A stretch of 64,000 bases of DNA, from the NCBI RefSeq assembly GCF_011386835.1, contig NC_088797.1, positions 101,742,001 to 101,806,000 on the forward strand, read 5' to 3'. Both the position numbers and the translations under genes were made by a program. Below the pieces are notes generated by a model that saw nothing but the letters and a program-made list of their open reading frames with translations, was not told the DNA's origin and did no database searches. Shown here one piece after another: positions 13,301 to 27,142 of the stretch (the stretch's first letter is position 1; each line of letters begins with the position of its first letter). The DNA is from Chrysemys picta bellii. Taxonomy: Eukaryota.

Positions 13301-13745
13301 ACTCTCCTGTAATTAGTAGTAGATTAGTTTACCTTTGAATCTCCTTGAAGACATTCTATTTGTCCAGGAAAACACACCATACCTTATCATCCAATACAAA
13401 ATATTTGATGGAACTGTATATAAAAATTCAATACAGTTTTCTTTTAGTTTCAGATGCATGTGAATTAATAAGTGGTATCAGGTGTAAGAATTGTCATTTG
13501 AACAGCAACACCGTTTATGCATAAGCCAGGCAATGCACAAGAGCAGTTATTTGATAGTTTTACACCTTTTCAAGGCCTACAAGCAGATAACATCAATAAT
13601 ATTTTTGCTCCTGTAAAGGGCCCCCTTTCCCTTCTCTGTCCTACCAGGAGGCTCTGGGATGCTGTAACACAACATTAATAGCAATAGGAGAACAGGGATA
13701 AATTAGAACAGAGATTGTTTTCTTGCAAATAAAAATTCTCCTTAC

Positions 13746-13925
13746 CCTGTTTCTTGCCTTTATTCTTTTATAAACAAAATCAGGGAATGTCTTTCTAGGA
13801 ACGAAGCGACCAGACCCTTGGATGACAAAGAGGTTTCCATCTTCCAGCACAACTTTTCCTTGACTTATAACAACAGTAGGTGAACCACGACACTCTGTTC
13901 CTTCAAATATATTATATTCCACATT
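13746..13925 (-). CDS. DPYSL4: DPYSL4 exon 12 [60 protein letters not shown]
   Basis: 180 nt, tttgtcag| ... |gtaagg. Confidence 0.97.
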
Positions 13926-14190
13926 CTGACAAATCCAAACCAGGATATTCAGAGTTAGTTTAGGGTTAAAAACAAAAATGCCATAAACCCACAGCCTACC
14001 CAATTATATATACACACACATTTTTGTAATACTTTCTTCATGTATAATTAATCATTCCTTAAATAATCCTTTAGATTAGATTTGAAAAAATAAGGATCTC
14101 TATCAATTTGGTGAGCTAAAGCAAACTGGAATGAACAAACAAAATTCATGAACATTTAGCACTAGCTTAAACCACACACTACACTACTTG

Positions 14191-14493
14191 CAGGGGCGGC
14201 TCTATGTTTTTTGCCGCCCCAAGCAAGGCAGTCAGGTGCCCTTCGGCGGCATGCCTGCGGGTGGTACGCTGGTCACGTGGATTCGGCGGCATTTCTGCAG
14301 GTGATCTGCTGGTCCCGCGCCTTCGGAGTACCCGCCACCGAATTGCCACCGATGCTGCGGGACTGGCGGACCTCCCGCAGGCATGCCGCCGAAGACTACC
14401 TGACTGCCACCCTCACGGCAACCGGCACGCCGTCCCCCGCGGCTCACCGCCCCAGGCATGAGCTTGCTGCGCTGGTGCCTGGAGCCACCCCTG
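14191..14493. mobile_element. hAT-like MITE, 303 bp, CpG-rich
   Basis: TIRs caggggcggctc / gagccacccctg; 8-bp TSD actacttg/gctacttg; internal IR cttcggcggcatgcctgcgg / ccgcaggcatgccgccgaag. Confidence 0.85.
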
Positions 14494-14540
14494 GCTACTT
14501 GTGAAGCAAACCAGAGCCCAATTATAGGTATGGATAAGTT

Positions 14541-14594
14541 CCAATTGCTTAACCTAGGTCCCCAGATCCAATTGCTTAACCTAGATCCCCAGCA
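14541..14594. repeat. 27-bp tandem duplication
   Basis: ccaattgcttaacctaggtccccagat / ccaattgcttaacctagatccccagca. Confidence 0.9.
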
Positions 14595-16067
14595 GGCTTC
14601 TGCTGAAACTCACCTTGGACTGACAGAATCTTTTTGCTATGTTTGTCAGGAAACCGCAAGTTCTCTAGCAGAACTGGTTGAAAAATTCCAGTTATATTTT
14701 GTGGGAAATTTGAAAACATTTCATTTTTCAAAACTTCCCATGGAGTTTTTTTCTCTTTTTAAAAATATTCTCCCCATCTCTAAATGAAAAATCTTCTTCA
14801 GCTTTCAAAAACAATTTTTGATACAAAGGTAATAATTTTTGGTTTCTGAAGAGCAAAAGCAAATTTTTCTTTATTGAAAATCAAACTGAAAACCATTTTT
14901 TAACTGAAAAACATCTGCTTCTGTTCAAACAAAATACCATAAAATTTCATTTTCAGAAAAATATTTCATTTTGGTCAAAAATAATTTTTTTGTCAAAAAT
15001 ATTTCAACAAAATAATTTAAAACAGTTCTACCCTCTACATTTTACTAATGTTACATGTAGTTTTACCACTAACCCTTCAAATGTTACTGTGCTTCTCAAG
15101 TTCCAGGTAGGAGTTCATTTTGGGATACCTATGAACTGGGAAACTCTAGAGAAGGTACAGTTTGAACAGACACTGAGGCTTTCCCCAGTGGAATATTACC
15201 AAAGAGAGAGTGACAAGCCTATTTGGGACCAGGGAAGGGGTAGGAAAGCTGGGTTTGGATCTCCACTAAGACTCGTGTTGTTGAAAGATTCCCTTTGGCA
15301 AATGGCTTTTGAGAGTGGGGGTAGTTTCTCAGCTGGTGAATCATTTGCAGAGATAAGGATAAGGAGATGTTCCTAAGTAGCTGATATTCATTCCCATGAG
15401 TTAGCCTAAAGTTCCAGTTGGTGAAATGGGAATTTACCTGAGAAAGGGCTGAGTAAACACTGAGTAAGGACCCCAGGGTTTGTTCCAGTATGAATGGCCC
15501 CTACACAGCTGTGCGAAATGGAATCAATCTTGCTTCCTCTTTTTAGTTTTACATTTGAAAGAGTACAGCCCTTGCATTTATCCAACCCTCGGGGAATATA
15601 TCAACAGTCCCAGTAATTTGCTAACTAAAACAAACTTTTATCTCAATAGTTCTGTTAAATCTTAATTACAGTCATAGCCCTTTAAAATTCCATGTTCAGC
15701 AATTCAAGGTTATTCAGTGGAATTCAGGAGAAATGCTGGGACAGGAAAATGTTCAGGTTAGGATTGTACATTTTTTTCTATGCCTATACAGTACATACTA
15801 ATAGTATCACATTTACAGCAAAAGAATGGTCATCATGTATTGTTTTGCTACTGCATATTCTATAGCATTACTCTACATATTTTTGGTGCCATTGCAGTAA
15901 ATGCCAATAACAAAAGGGATTTATTTCCCTTCCCCCACTCAGATTTAATAAACAACTATACTAATATTTTACCCAAATTCTCTGTTTCAATTTCTCTCTG
16001 ATTAAAGGGAATACATTATTTCACTAATACACCCTGGTTGCAAAATCCTATAAAGAAAAAAAAATTA

Positions 16068-16394
<327 letters not shown>

Positions 16395-17011
16395 TCACAT
16401 TTAATTCAAAAATTGGCTGTCCCTGCAGGACTAGTCATTAAAGACTGTTATAATGTCATACGTTTGAAAACTGATTACAGCTCCCATTTTATAGTCACTA
16501 TGTAGGTACTCCTATGACATGAATACAGCTCAACACTACAGACACTGCATCCCACAACACTGAATAATAAGTGTACAGGGTGAAGTGAGGCTACAGAGAG
16601 GTCTGTGGCAACTATTGTGTATCATCATCATTCATTTGGCAGCACTTTCATCTACAGGACTCATTTCTCTCAGCAATTACTGGGCTCACACCCAGAACTT
16701 TCTTTAATTGATACTGAAGTGAGTCAGTCTTTAGATTATATAATTTCTTCTCTTAGATAGAAAAATACCATGTTTATTGGAACCAGAGCTTTCTAAGTGT
16801 TATTGATCCTCAACATGCTACTAGGAGAAGGATACAAGAAACTGGAGGTACCAGAAGAAAGGGGTCAGATAGTATAATGATGGGTGAGGTATAAGAACCT
16901 AGACAGAGAAACAGAGCTCCAGTGAAGATGAAGATGAATATTTTCAAAGGTGAACATTGTTAGTATAGGCTAAACAATTAGTGCATCGTAAAAAGCACAG
17001 CTGACATAACA

Positions 17012-17102
17012 AACCTGAAGAGCTCTGTGTAGCTCGAAAGCTTGTCTTTCCCCAACTGAAGTTGGTCCAATAAAAGATATTACCTCACCCACCTTGTCTC
17101 TC
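17012..17102 (+). mobile_element. Penelope-like terminal repeat fragment with degenerate hammerhead-like core
   Basis: cCTGAAGA...agctcGAAAgcttgtc followed by ...gttggtccaataaaagatattacctcacccaccttgtctctc. Confidence 0.6.
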
Positions 17103-17599
17103 GAATAACAAACTACACTCAAGATTCACTGTGGACCTGATCCAAAGCTCATTGAAGTCAACACAGAGACTCACAACTTATTTTGAGGGTACTATAATGT
17201 TGCAGAAATTACAAATGAACAAATTCCATATAGTTTGCCCAGTCCTACAGGAAAAGAATACAAATGGAAACTCCATTTCTTGCCTTTCCAAAAATCTTCT
17301 GGATAGACTTATTTCTGATCACAGTTCAGACTGGGATAGAATATTCTTCTAATAAGGAGCTCTTTCAAGACATTTATATTCAAATGTTACATTTTCTCTC
17401 ATTAGGAAAGCTTTTTTAAGTAGCAGCCTAGATAATGTCACACAATGAGGCATTCAGCAATGTAAGATGATAATGTATCTCTTTCCCTTCCATTAAAATT
17501 TTTTTTGCTATTGTCTAAATCCTCATATCTGACAAAATGCCATTTGCATGCACTTGCATTGATAATTCAGCAAACATTTACACTTATTTAGTTACTTAC

Positions 17600-17741
17600 C
17601 ACACACTTCTCCCAAATTATTGACATTCTTTCTTCAATGCCATTTGTTCCCTCTGGAATAAGGGTAAAGTTATCCTTTCCTACTGCCTTCTGCGCGGTGG
17701 TAAATGTGCAGTGGGCACTGCCTGCAACCTGAAGATCCCCA
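17600..17741 (-). CDS. DPYSL4: DPYSL4 exon 10 [47 protein letters not shown]
   Basis: 142 nt, ttaactcag| ... |gtaagt. Confidence 0.97.
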
Positions 17742-18857
17742 CTGAGTTAAAACAAACCAAAATGCAGTTAATGGACAAAATTGATTGCTCAGTTTGTATT
17801 GTTCAGCGTAATAATTCAGGGGCCTTTTCTTTGCAACAATGTACTCTTTAAGAGTGAAATTATCTCCTGTGTAGCAGGTTAAGTGTGACATAAATGGCTC
17901 ATAGGTCTTGTGCTTAGCCCTCTGTGCAGCGGTGAATTTCATCCTTAGGGTAATATTTTCAAAGGTGCCTAGTTGATTTAAGTTCTTAGGTCCCATTGGA
18001 TTTAAGTGCCTAGATGCTTTTGAAAATGTTACCTTAAATGCCCAGTAATTGCACTCCTTAAATCAACATCCCAGTCTTGATCCATCCTTTTGGCCCTGAC
18101 AGCCTTTCAAGAAATGATTCTAAAGGACCTTTTATATCAGGGGTATTCCTGGCTATGGCCAGACCCAAGACAAAACCAGATTCTATATACCAGAATCTAT
18201 TATAACTCAACAAATCTGAGCCAGGCTGATAGGGATAGGAGAAGGAAAGGAGGGAGCTGAGGTGGTTCTCTAGAATGAGGCTCTCTAGGGACATCTGCTC
18301 ATGGAGCCCTGAAACACCCTTCCTGATTTATATCCAGGCTGTAATTCAAGATTGAATTATATGCATATTTTATTGTCTGTTTGTGGACATTATTCCACAG
18401 GACAAAGATTAATCAAATCAAATCAAATCTGTTTGCTTCCCTAGAGTCTAGAGAGAAGAATTTTGTGAAATCTCAGAGAATGCAAAATAATTCTCATCAG
18501 GAGACCTATTAGGGCAGAATATTTACTACTGTAGGTGCCCTTCTACAGGTCAATAGTCTCACCCTACACAGTCTTCAGGTGTTACTTTGGGGCCTGATTT
18601 TTCCATCCCTACTCAGACTGAATAGTAATTTACTCAACAAGGAGTCCTATTGAATGGTTCTACTCAGTGAGCTTTTTGGTGATGACTAGCAAAGACCCTA
18701 AGCCAAAACCCCAGATCCAGACAGTGTGGAAATTTAAGGAGATTGAATCAAAACTCCACTCTGCTCTTTGGGCCCATCTCTGAGGTTGAATAATAATAAC
18801 CCCAGGGACTGGGTTTTGTTCCGCATGCCACTGTCATTTACTCTCCTTGCCAACTCA

Positions 18858-19031
<174 letters not shown>

Positions 19032-20003
19032 CTAATACATAATCTGAAAATATGTAACATGCTCCTGATGGTGAACTCTCTTTTCCCACAGTGTAGACAA
19101 ATGCTAAGTAAAAGATCATTTGAGCCAGTTTCTCTGTGTTTCAGTTTTCTGAATTTCTGTCAGCCAATCAGATTGCTACAAAGTTGAACAGTATTCCTTG
19201 TAAAAGTACAAAGTACCAATCAGGAAACAGCCTTGGCCAAACCCCAGAGTCCTATTCGGTACTATTTTTGGCTGAGAAAGACCAAAGAAAGCAGAACACA
19301 CACTTCAGGACATGGCTCCTTATTTGTAATGGCAGGGAATGTGTCTAAAAATCCCTCTCAGTGGGATACCAAAAATTACACAAAAACTTTGGGCAAAATG
19401 CATGCTTCTGATGTAACTCCATTTAAATCAGTTGATTTACACCTGGGATAGACTCAGTATTGTATGTTTATGACTGGATATTTCTGTCTCTCACCCTTGT
19501 CACCCACGTCCACACACAGTGGGCCAGATCCCCACCCCAGTTGATGTAAATCAACACAGCTCCATTGGCTTCAATGGAGATACACCAGCTGAGGATCTGT
19601 CCGAATTACTATATTCTAGGTATTGTGTTACCTTGTTTCCTTGGAGGAATATTTCTATTTCTTCCCAGTGTGTCAGCAGTTTGAGTTCTCAGGCATTCCC
19701 AGGTTCATTTTTTTTCATTCAAAGCATGACAATAGGTTGGAAATGAATTCTTGATTTTTCCAACTCCACCTAATGAGACTTGTGTAGCAAAGTCTTCAGC
19801 CAATCTCTTTGACTCTTTTGAGTTCACTTCAGTGCAATTAAACTCAGGACACTTTGAAAACTGAAGCTAACATCAAGTGTTGTGCTTTTCAGATGTACCA
19901 GAAATTGCCTAATTATGCACTCTTAACTCCTTTTATTGCAGTGATACTCATGGAGACAAGTAAATAGTTTTAATTAGTGTGTAAATGTGAAGTGGTGTTT
20001 TAC

Positions 20004-20124
20004 CTTTTCGCTTTGCTTGAGCTATCACATCTGCGGCACCTTTGCTCATTACTTTTGTGACATACAAGGGGCAGTTGGCTTGTTTTGCTATTGTAATTGC
20101 ACGGTACACTGCCTCTGCTTCAAC
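20004..20124 (-). CDS. DPYSL4: DPYSL4 exon 8 [40 protein letters not shown]
   Basis: 121 nt, tttcccaag| ... |gtaaaa. Confidence 0.97.
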
Positions 20125-20243
20125 CTTGGGAAACAAGAACACAACCAGGCGACGTCTTACAACATCTCTTTTAGTTGAATGGACATGAATGGAGACTTCT
20201 TTAAAGCTCTAAACATGTTCATTTTACGAACTTAAGATATTAC

Positions 20244-20312
20244 CTCCTCTGGGTGGCTAAGAACATGCCCCTCTGGCCCAGTAATTCCAAGTTCCAACAG
20301 TCTCTTTTGCTC
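20244..20312 (-). CDS. DPYSL4: DPYSL4 exon 7 EQKRLLELGITGPEGHVLSHPEE
   Basis: 69 nt, cacttag| ... |gtaata. Confidence 0.96.
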
Positions 20313-23300
20313 CTAAGTGAATGTAGAAAAATGAGAAAAACAGTAAGTGATGGGAACAATCTAAAATAATGTGGGAATGGAACATCATGTCTAGAGGTAC
20401 TTGAGGGTTATGGAAATTCCTAAATAATATCCTGGAATACCATTTATATCCATGAAAATTAGAGCATCTTAACAGAGACTATGACAATAATAAACAAGAC
20501 ATTCTAGTGGGATTGGTCATACTACTCAACATACTACACTCTGGCGATTTGACAACATGTTGGTGGGGTTCACTTGCTCACAAACAATTAAGCAATCTGC
20601 AGTGATAACTATGTGCTTTTCCTGGGCTATTCATTCAGGCACTTCAAGCTCAGTGTGGAACAGGAGGGTGAAGGCTGGATAGCTCCATCACACAAGGCAT
20701 TCCTATCCTTTTAGAAGTGCAGTCATCTTGAGGGGCTTGTGAAGTCCCACACATATTCCTAGTGGCAATGATTTATGGAGGTCATCCCAAATGAGCATCG
20801 GAAAAGACTTTATACCACACTGCACTGTCCAGCATTCTGTGTATCCCCTCCCACACACACTTTCAGGGGAATGTTATCATCTTTATTAGTATTATTTTTT
20901 CATAGCCCTCAACCTATGGAGCCAGTTTTCTCTGTGACCTTATCCAGTGCTTAATTTGTAATTAAAGAGGTACCAGGGCTCAAGCAATGTTTCTACTTTC
21001 ATAACTGATACAGCAAGTCCAGAGGTGCCGGGGCTATGAACTGCCAAGCCAATGGGTGCTGGGGCTTGGCACTGGAAAGCCCTGGCACAAATTAAACACT
21101 GGCCTGATCCGATCCATGAGGTACTGAGCACATCCATAGCTGCCCTCAACTACTACTGAAGCCAATAGAGGTAGAGGGAGTTCAGCTCCTTTCTCTTAGC
21201 ATTAGGCCAAAGCATGGGCCTGAGAGAGAGAGAAAATTGTAAGTAACACCGGAGAAACATCTCTAGGGCTAGGAACAAATGCTGTGTGTTCCATCAGTGA
21301 GCTGGGAATCTTGCCATCCACCAATGATATAGAGCTCCCTTTGCCAGTTCTGCAGAGGCCACTAAAGATAATCTGCCACATTAGGAAAAACTTCAGTGTG
21401 CTGCTCACCTCTTCATAGGCTTAGGGTGGCAGATTTGGCCCAGCCACCTCTTTGTCATGATGGGGGCAGCCAGGCCAAATCTGCGGCCATAAGCAGCTGC
21501 CCAGAAAACTGCCACCCTAGGCAGCTGCCTAGTTTACCTATTGGTAGAGAAGCCCCGGCAGCTCTGAAAGAGAGCAAGATATACGATCCTAAACCTGTCA
21601 TTGCTGAAGGGCTGACTACTGCCTGTCCTGACCCTCAGGCCACTGTAATGTTTGTCACGAAAATCCCATGTTGCGGGGAGTGGGGAAAGATGAAGGAAAT
21701 GTTTCTTTAATAGCCTGTTCAGGGGCAGGAGGGAATGTGGCTGTTTGAAGCTGCTCACAGCATGGAATGTTGGAGGCATTCCCAGCAAAGATGGACTGGT
21801 GGGCAGAGTGCAGGTGCATGTTAAATGCCATTTTTCCACAACTAATCAAACAGATATAACCATGTATATTTTACACCTCCTTGTTCCATCTTGGCCCTCT
21901 GCATCATATGAGGAGCCACCCAAGAGTATTTCCATTGTTTGCCCTCTCTCAGGGTTTTTGCTGGGGAAGGACAGCTTTAAATTGCACAATTGCAATAATT
22001 GCTGTTGCTAATTATTCCCATCAGCAGAAGCTGTTCTGGGGATATGCTGAATCAGCACATTCTTTGACTTCTCCTGGCCCCACCCCTTCTTAGCTAGCAT
22101 CCACATTTTGTGCAGTGCTGACTCCTATCCATCATCAGTGGAGGGATGGATTCTGTAATTTTCTGCTGCCCTCTGTGGACAGTCTGCTGCCAAATTTATG
22201 GATTTTTTATTTCTGTACCATCCATGCTCCTTTTGCAGATATCCTGGAAGTTCACCTCCAGGGCTCTAATGTTATCACTTGCAGCTTAAATAAATACTTG
22301 TAAAGATATTAAACTGCTTGGGATCACATTATGTTTAACAGCCAGCTAAGGAGAATGAAAAATCCTAGTGGGGAAAACTGGTATTAAGTTCAGGCCTGTT
22401 CGGTACAAAAAGGCCACTTGAAGTGTTGAGAAATGGCATTTAATTATAAAGTCCTCTCTTATATAATACTGTGCATTCAGTTACCTGATTCTCATTTGGA
22501 ATGAATGACAGGTTTATTTCTATTCTGCATTGTATATTCCTAACATCTATTTCACATTTTTCTATGCTAGACTAGAGATAGGTAGAATGAAAATCAATAC
22601 AAATTTTGAATGCAAAATACTCCCTTGTTACTATTTGCCCCTACATTTGGAACTATATATCCAGCTGAAATTACGCTACTGTGAAAGCCTCAAATCTATT
22701 GAATGTTCAGGGCTAGAGCCTTCGATTTTTAAATAAAATGAGAATAAAACATCTCCAAAAGCGGGCACAGTTTAGAGAAGTAAGAAGCCCTAATTTTCTG
22801 CAGGTAGCTGTTATAAATGTACCTGTGATGATAACCAACTGGATGCAAACAGTCAGCATGATGCCTCTGCTTTTAGTAAGGACTCCAGAGATCCTTCCAA
22901 GCTCTTCTGCCAATATATGATGTCACAACAGGCTTTGCTGCCAGTCCACTCCCTCCAAAGCTCAGGTAATCAGATTATCCTAAAGGCCACATCCTGCCTA
23001 GTTGTGTGGGTGGGTGGACTAGGCAGGGAAGAAGATGTAGAGAGCACCCTCCCTCTACTCACCACATGCCTTAGCAGGGCAGAATACCGACCTAACACTG
23101 CAGGGAATACTGAGGAGAGAGACCAGCTTCTGCGCTGGCCACTACACTGCAGACCCAAGAAGGTTTGCTCTACAGGCAAATGTATGGAATTTTTATTTCT
23201 GTACCATCTATATTCCCTTTTGCAAATATCCTTGAAGTTCATTTCCAGGGCTCTCATGTTTCCTTAACTCAGCCACTGAAGTCAATGAAAGTTTTGCCAA

Positions 23301-23581
23301 TAATTTCAATAGGAGCATGAGCTGGGTGATACTATGACTGGCAGCATGCACTAGTGGAACATAGGATGATTCTTTTCACAGAAATAGCCAGGGGTCCCCA
23401 GCAATGTATGCCTCCTGGCCAGCTTTGTATCACTTGTTCCTGAGTTGGCAGGATGACTCAAATGCTGGAAATGTGTCTGGCACTGCTCTGCCCCCTACTG
23501 CCTGTTGTGCAGCCACTTCATTTCAGGGCAGCATTTTGGCCTAAATTAATATTGTGGCCAGTTTTTTATTTAAATGGATAC

Positions 23582-24247
23582 TGTGACAAAGTTCCTCCTC
23601 TAGCTTGGTGGGTCCTGCGCTTACTGGCAGATTTTCTTGCCTCAGAAATTCACCATGTGGATTGGGGAACAGCCCAGAGACCTTCCCCTCTGGAAGAACC
23701 CACAGTCCAGGTCAATTCAGAGGTTTGGGGGGAACCCAGGCCCACCCTCTACTCCAGGTTCCAGCCCAGGGCCCTGTGGACTGCAGCTGTCTATAGTGCC
23801 TCCTGTAACAGCTGCATGACAGCTACAACTCCGTGGGCTACTTCCCCATGGCCTCCTCCAAACACCTTCCTTATTCTCACCACAGGACCTTCCTCCTGGT
23901 GTCTGATAACGCTTTGCACCTCAGTCCTCCAGCAGCACACCCTCACCCTCTCAGTTCCTTGCACCTCTTGCTCCCAGCTCCTCACACTCACACCACAAAC
24001 TGAAGTGAGCTCCTTTTAAAACCCAGGTGCCCTGATTAGCCTGCCTTAATTGATTCTAGCAGCTTCTTCTTAATTGGCTCCAGGTGTCCTAATTAGCCTA
24101 CCTGCCTTAACTGGTTCTAGCAGGTTCCTGATTACTCTAGTGCAGCCCCTGCTCTGGTCACTCAGGGAACAGAAAACTACTCATCCAGTGACCAGTATAT
24201 TTGCCCTCTACCAGACTCCTGTACCCCACTGGTCTGGGTCTGTCACA
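23582..24247. mobile_element. Solo LTR (Gypsy/ERV-like), 666 bp
   Basis: TG...CA ends with inverted termini tgtgaca/tgtcaca; perfect 4-bp TSD ATAC (23578-81, 24248-51). Confidence 0.82.
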
Positions 24248-24262
24248 ATACATTTACTATAC

Positions 24263-24343
24263 CTCGTCAATGATGTCTCCATTTTCAGCATGCACTTGGG
24301 CAATGGCACCCAGGTCGCGAATAATGCTGAATATTTCATACAT
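24263..24343 (-). CDS. DPYSL4: DPYSL4 exon 6 MYEIFSIIRDLGAIAQVHAENGDIIDE
   Basis: 81 nt, ctgacag| ... |gtatag. Confidence 0.96.
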
Positions 24344-24444
24344 CTGTCAGGAAGGAAGGAAAGAATTTCCTAATGTCAGACTGGTCACAGTTTATAAAAA
24401 GTGTAGTTGATTACTTTTATTGCATTTCAGTTATTCTGTGTTAC

Positions 24445-24506
24445 CTGGGCATCAGTGCACTGGAGCTTGTCTTTATAAGCCATGAAAACTAGAAAGGAGT
24501 TCACAC
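24445..24506 (-). CDS. DPYSL4: DPYSL4 exon 5 GVNSFLVFMAYKDKLQCTDAQ
   Basis: 62 nt, tttttaaag| ... |gtaac. Confidence 0.96.
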
Positions 24507-26008
24507 CTTTAAAAAAATAAATTACATGTGTATTTATTGTCACAGCTGAAAACAAATCACTCATGTCTACTAGAGAGGGACGGAAAGAGTGGTATTCAGA
24601 TCTAGGTAAGGTTTTTAGACTAGTGTTGAGGATTGAGATTGAAGCAAGGCTAGGGTTCAGATTTGGACTAAAGGGCATGAAAACTTGTTCTTATGAGATT
24701 TGGGCCCCAAATGTTGTAGTTCATGAAAGATGCTGTACCGTCATTGGTTTTTGGATGCATTTAAACCAGAACCAATAAACAACCCATTTTTTAGTTTTAG
24801 ATCCAACTTGGAACCAAAACCACACAGGTGAGTTCAGTTTCATGGATCTGAATCTTAACCCTTTCCACAAACAGGTTTGAATTCTAAGCTGCAATGCTGG
24901 CTCATTTCTAGGTGCTATATTTGAATCATTTTATTAATGCTGAAAGTACAAATTAAAGCCAAAAGCACTACATTCAAAACAATGTCCTTTAGTTATAGAA
25001 CTACATATACAACACTTATGTATACTGCATTGCATAACAAAATGCATAACTCGTTTCTATCTAATGTGTACTCTGATTCACTTAGTGTTGGGGCCTAGCA
25101 TGTTAATTTCTATTGTATTGCTTTATACTGTTTTTATGTAGATAAAAACCACAATGGTTTTTAAATTATAGTCACACTATGAAATTCTCTCCATTTTATT
25201 ACTATATATGGGTAAGTATGAAAAATGTCTGGTTTCAGCTTTGAATAGCTGCTTCCTTGACTACCACTGAGAATTTTAATGGAAGATTAATTAACAATTT
25301 CTGTGTTAACTGACAAATTCTGTCCCTGAATGTATGACTGCAATTGCCATTGAAGCCAATTAGATTTGTGTAGGCACTTCTGAGCGCAAAAAAACCAGCC
25401 CCAAATATGTGACTAACGCGACATATTAGTGAAATGCATAATCCTGTGGTGGGTGAGTTCTTCAGTAGACAATGTCTACTGGGTAGATAGCCACGGGTTC
25501 TTATATACAAGAACTACAGGTGTAAGTTTTTGTGAAGGGACTGTCAGTGCACAAGAAATACACTTTATATTCAGTACTGCAGGCTGGGAATGGGCTGCTT
25601 TATTCCTATTATATTACAGAGTGGCTGGGAATGGGGAAGCACCCACTAACTAAACAAGAAGCGAAGCAGGTATGGAGCATGGCGCCAACCCATAATACTC
25701 TGAGTAACCCAGTTAATCCCTTGATGTCCACTTTATTACGCAAGTGAAGTAATGTTGCACAATTTGGCCCTGTGGGCCCAATCCTGAAATTCCGTACACA
25801 GATAAATCTCCAGTATAGTCAGTGGGAGTCTTAACAGTGTAAGGACTTCAGAACTGGGCCCAAGAATTTTGTCTTGCACTACCAACGGCGATTTCTTGAT
25901 GTTAGAGGCATGCATATTGCCCTAAAAAGTAGCTGATCTTTTTTCTTGTGTCAGCTTTCATTCTTGCTGGTAACTAGGTTAGTAGAACACTGGTCTTTTT
26001 GTCCTTAC

Positions 26009-26173
26009 CTTTGTCTTTCACTAGAGCTTCCAGTTCCTCTTTTATGCTCTCATGCCAGCGTGTGATGTCAATATGCAGTGAATAATCACAACAGGCTTTG
26101 TTATCAGCACACTCTCTCCATTGGTCATATGCAGCAAGCAGATTCATTCCAGAGTCAGGGAATACATGGTCAA
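26009..26173 (-). CDS. DPYSL4: DPYSL4 exon 4 [54 protein letters not shown]
   Basis: 165 nt, ttcttcag| ... |gtaagg. DHVFPD and [13 protein letters not shown] are CRMP3-type. Confidence 0.97.
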
Positions 26174-27142
26174 CTGAAGAAATAGAGCAGAGTGTCAGCA
26201 GCCTTTATATGATGGAGTAACACAGGGACATTATTATAATGCCCATAAATATGCATTTGTCTAACAGTTTTCTATGGTAGGAAGGAGACATTTTAATGCA
26301 AATTATTCTATAATTAAAAATGAGGAATATGAAAGCTTCCGAACTGTGTTTAACTACCATTAAGACTGAGACAAAAAACAGCAAAACAAGTCAATTCCAA
26401 GTTGTGGCTAACAGTACAACCTGAATTCATCCCCTTGTGTATAGATAATATGGTGATGTGAGACAGGTATGTGCTATCATATACATGCAAGGGGCCAAAT
26501 TCTGCTCTTAGATATTTGTGCACAGCTTCCTTTGACTTTAGCAATGGCAGTCATGCATAGGTATTGTATTTCCCACTACACCTACCTATGCTCATCAGTA
26601 TTAACCTGTGAGACCATTTATAGTTCAGTTCTGTGCCTCCAGTGAGCAAACACTGGACTGAACTGTGTGTTGGTTTTGTAAAGTCTACTTGGGATCAGAT
26701 TGAGTAAATCAAAATCATTTTTACTTTGAACCTCAAAAGTATTTGCTCTCACAACCCCAGAGCTGGAAACTAGTGCAATATTTGATTTCATAACCAAGTC
26801 ACTTTTCTTTCTCCACCTACAAAAAGCACGGTATATAAAGATTAATTTTCTGTGACCATCTGTTTAAAAAGGCCCAGGTAAAAAGGTGCCCTGTATTGCT
26901 TACAACGATAAAGGTGAAAGGGCCTCATAATAAGTAGAATCTTTATCTTTTAAAAAGGAACATATAACAAAACAGAGTTTATTAAAGGAAACTTAATACA
27001 TGGTACAATTGTAACTAACCTGGTCAGAACTAAAGTCTCACTCCTGTGTTAACTGACACTGAGCAATCTTTTCGATGGTGGGACACCGCGTTTGCTTTTT
27101 GAAAGATGTACTTCTTAGAGTCATTGCAATAATGCTACTTAC

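Noticed and set aside
23453-24019. 188-aa ORF
   Set aside because: Mostly within the solo LTR; no gag, pol or env motifs.
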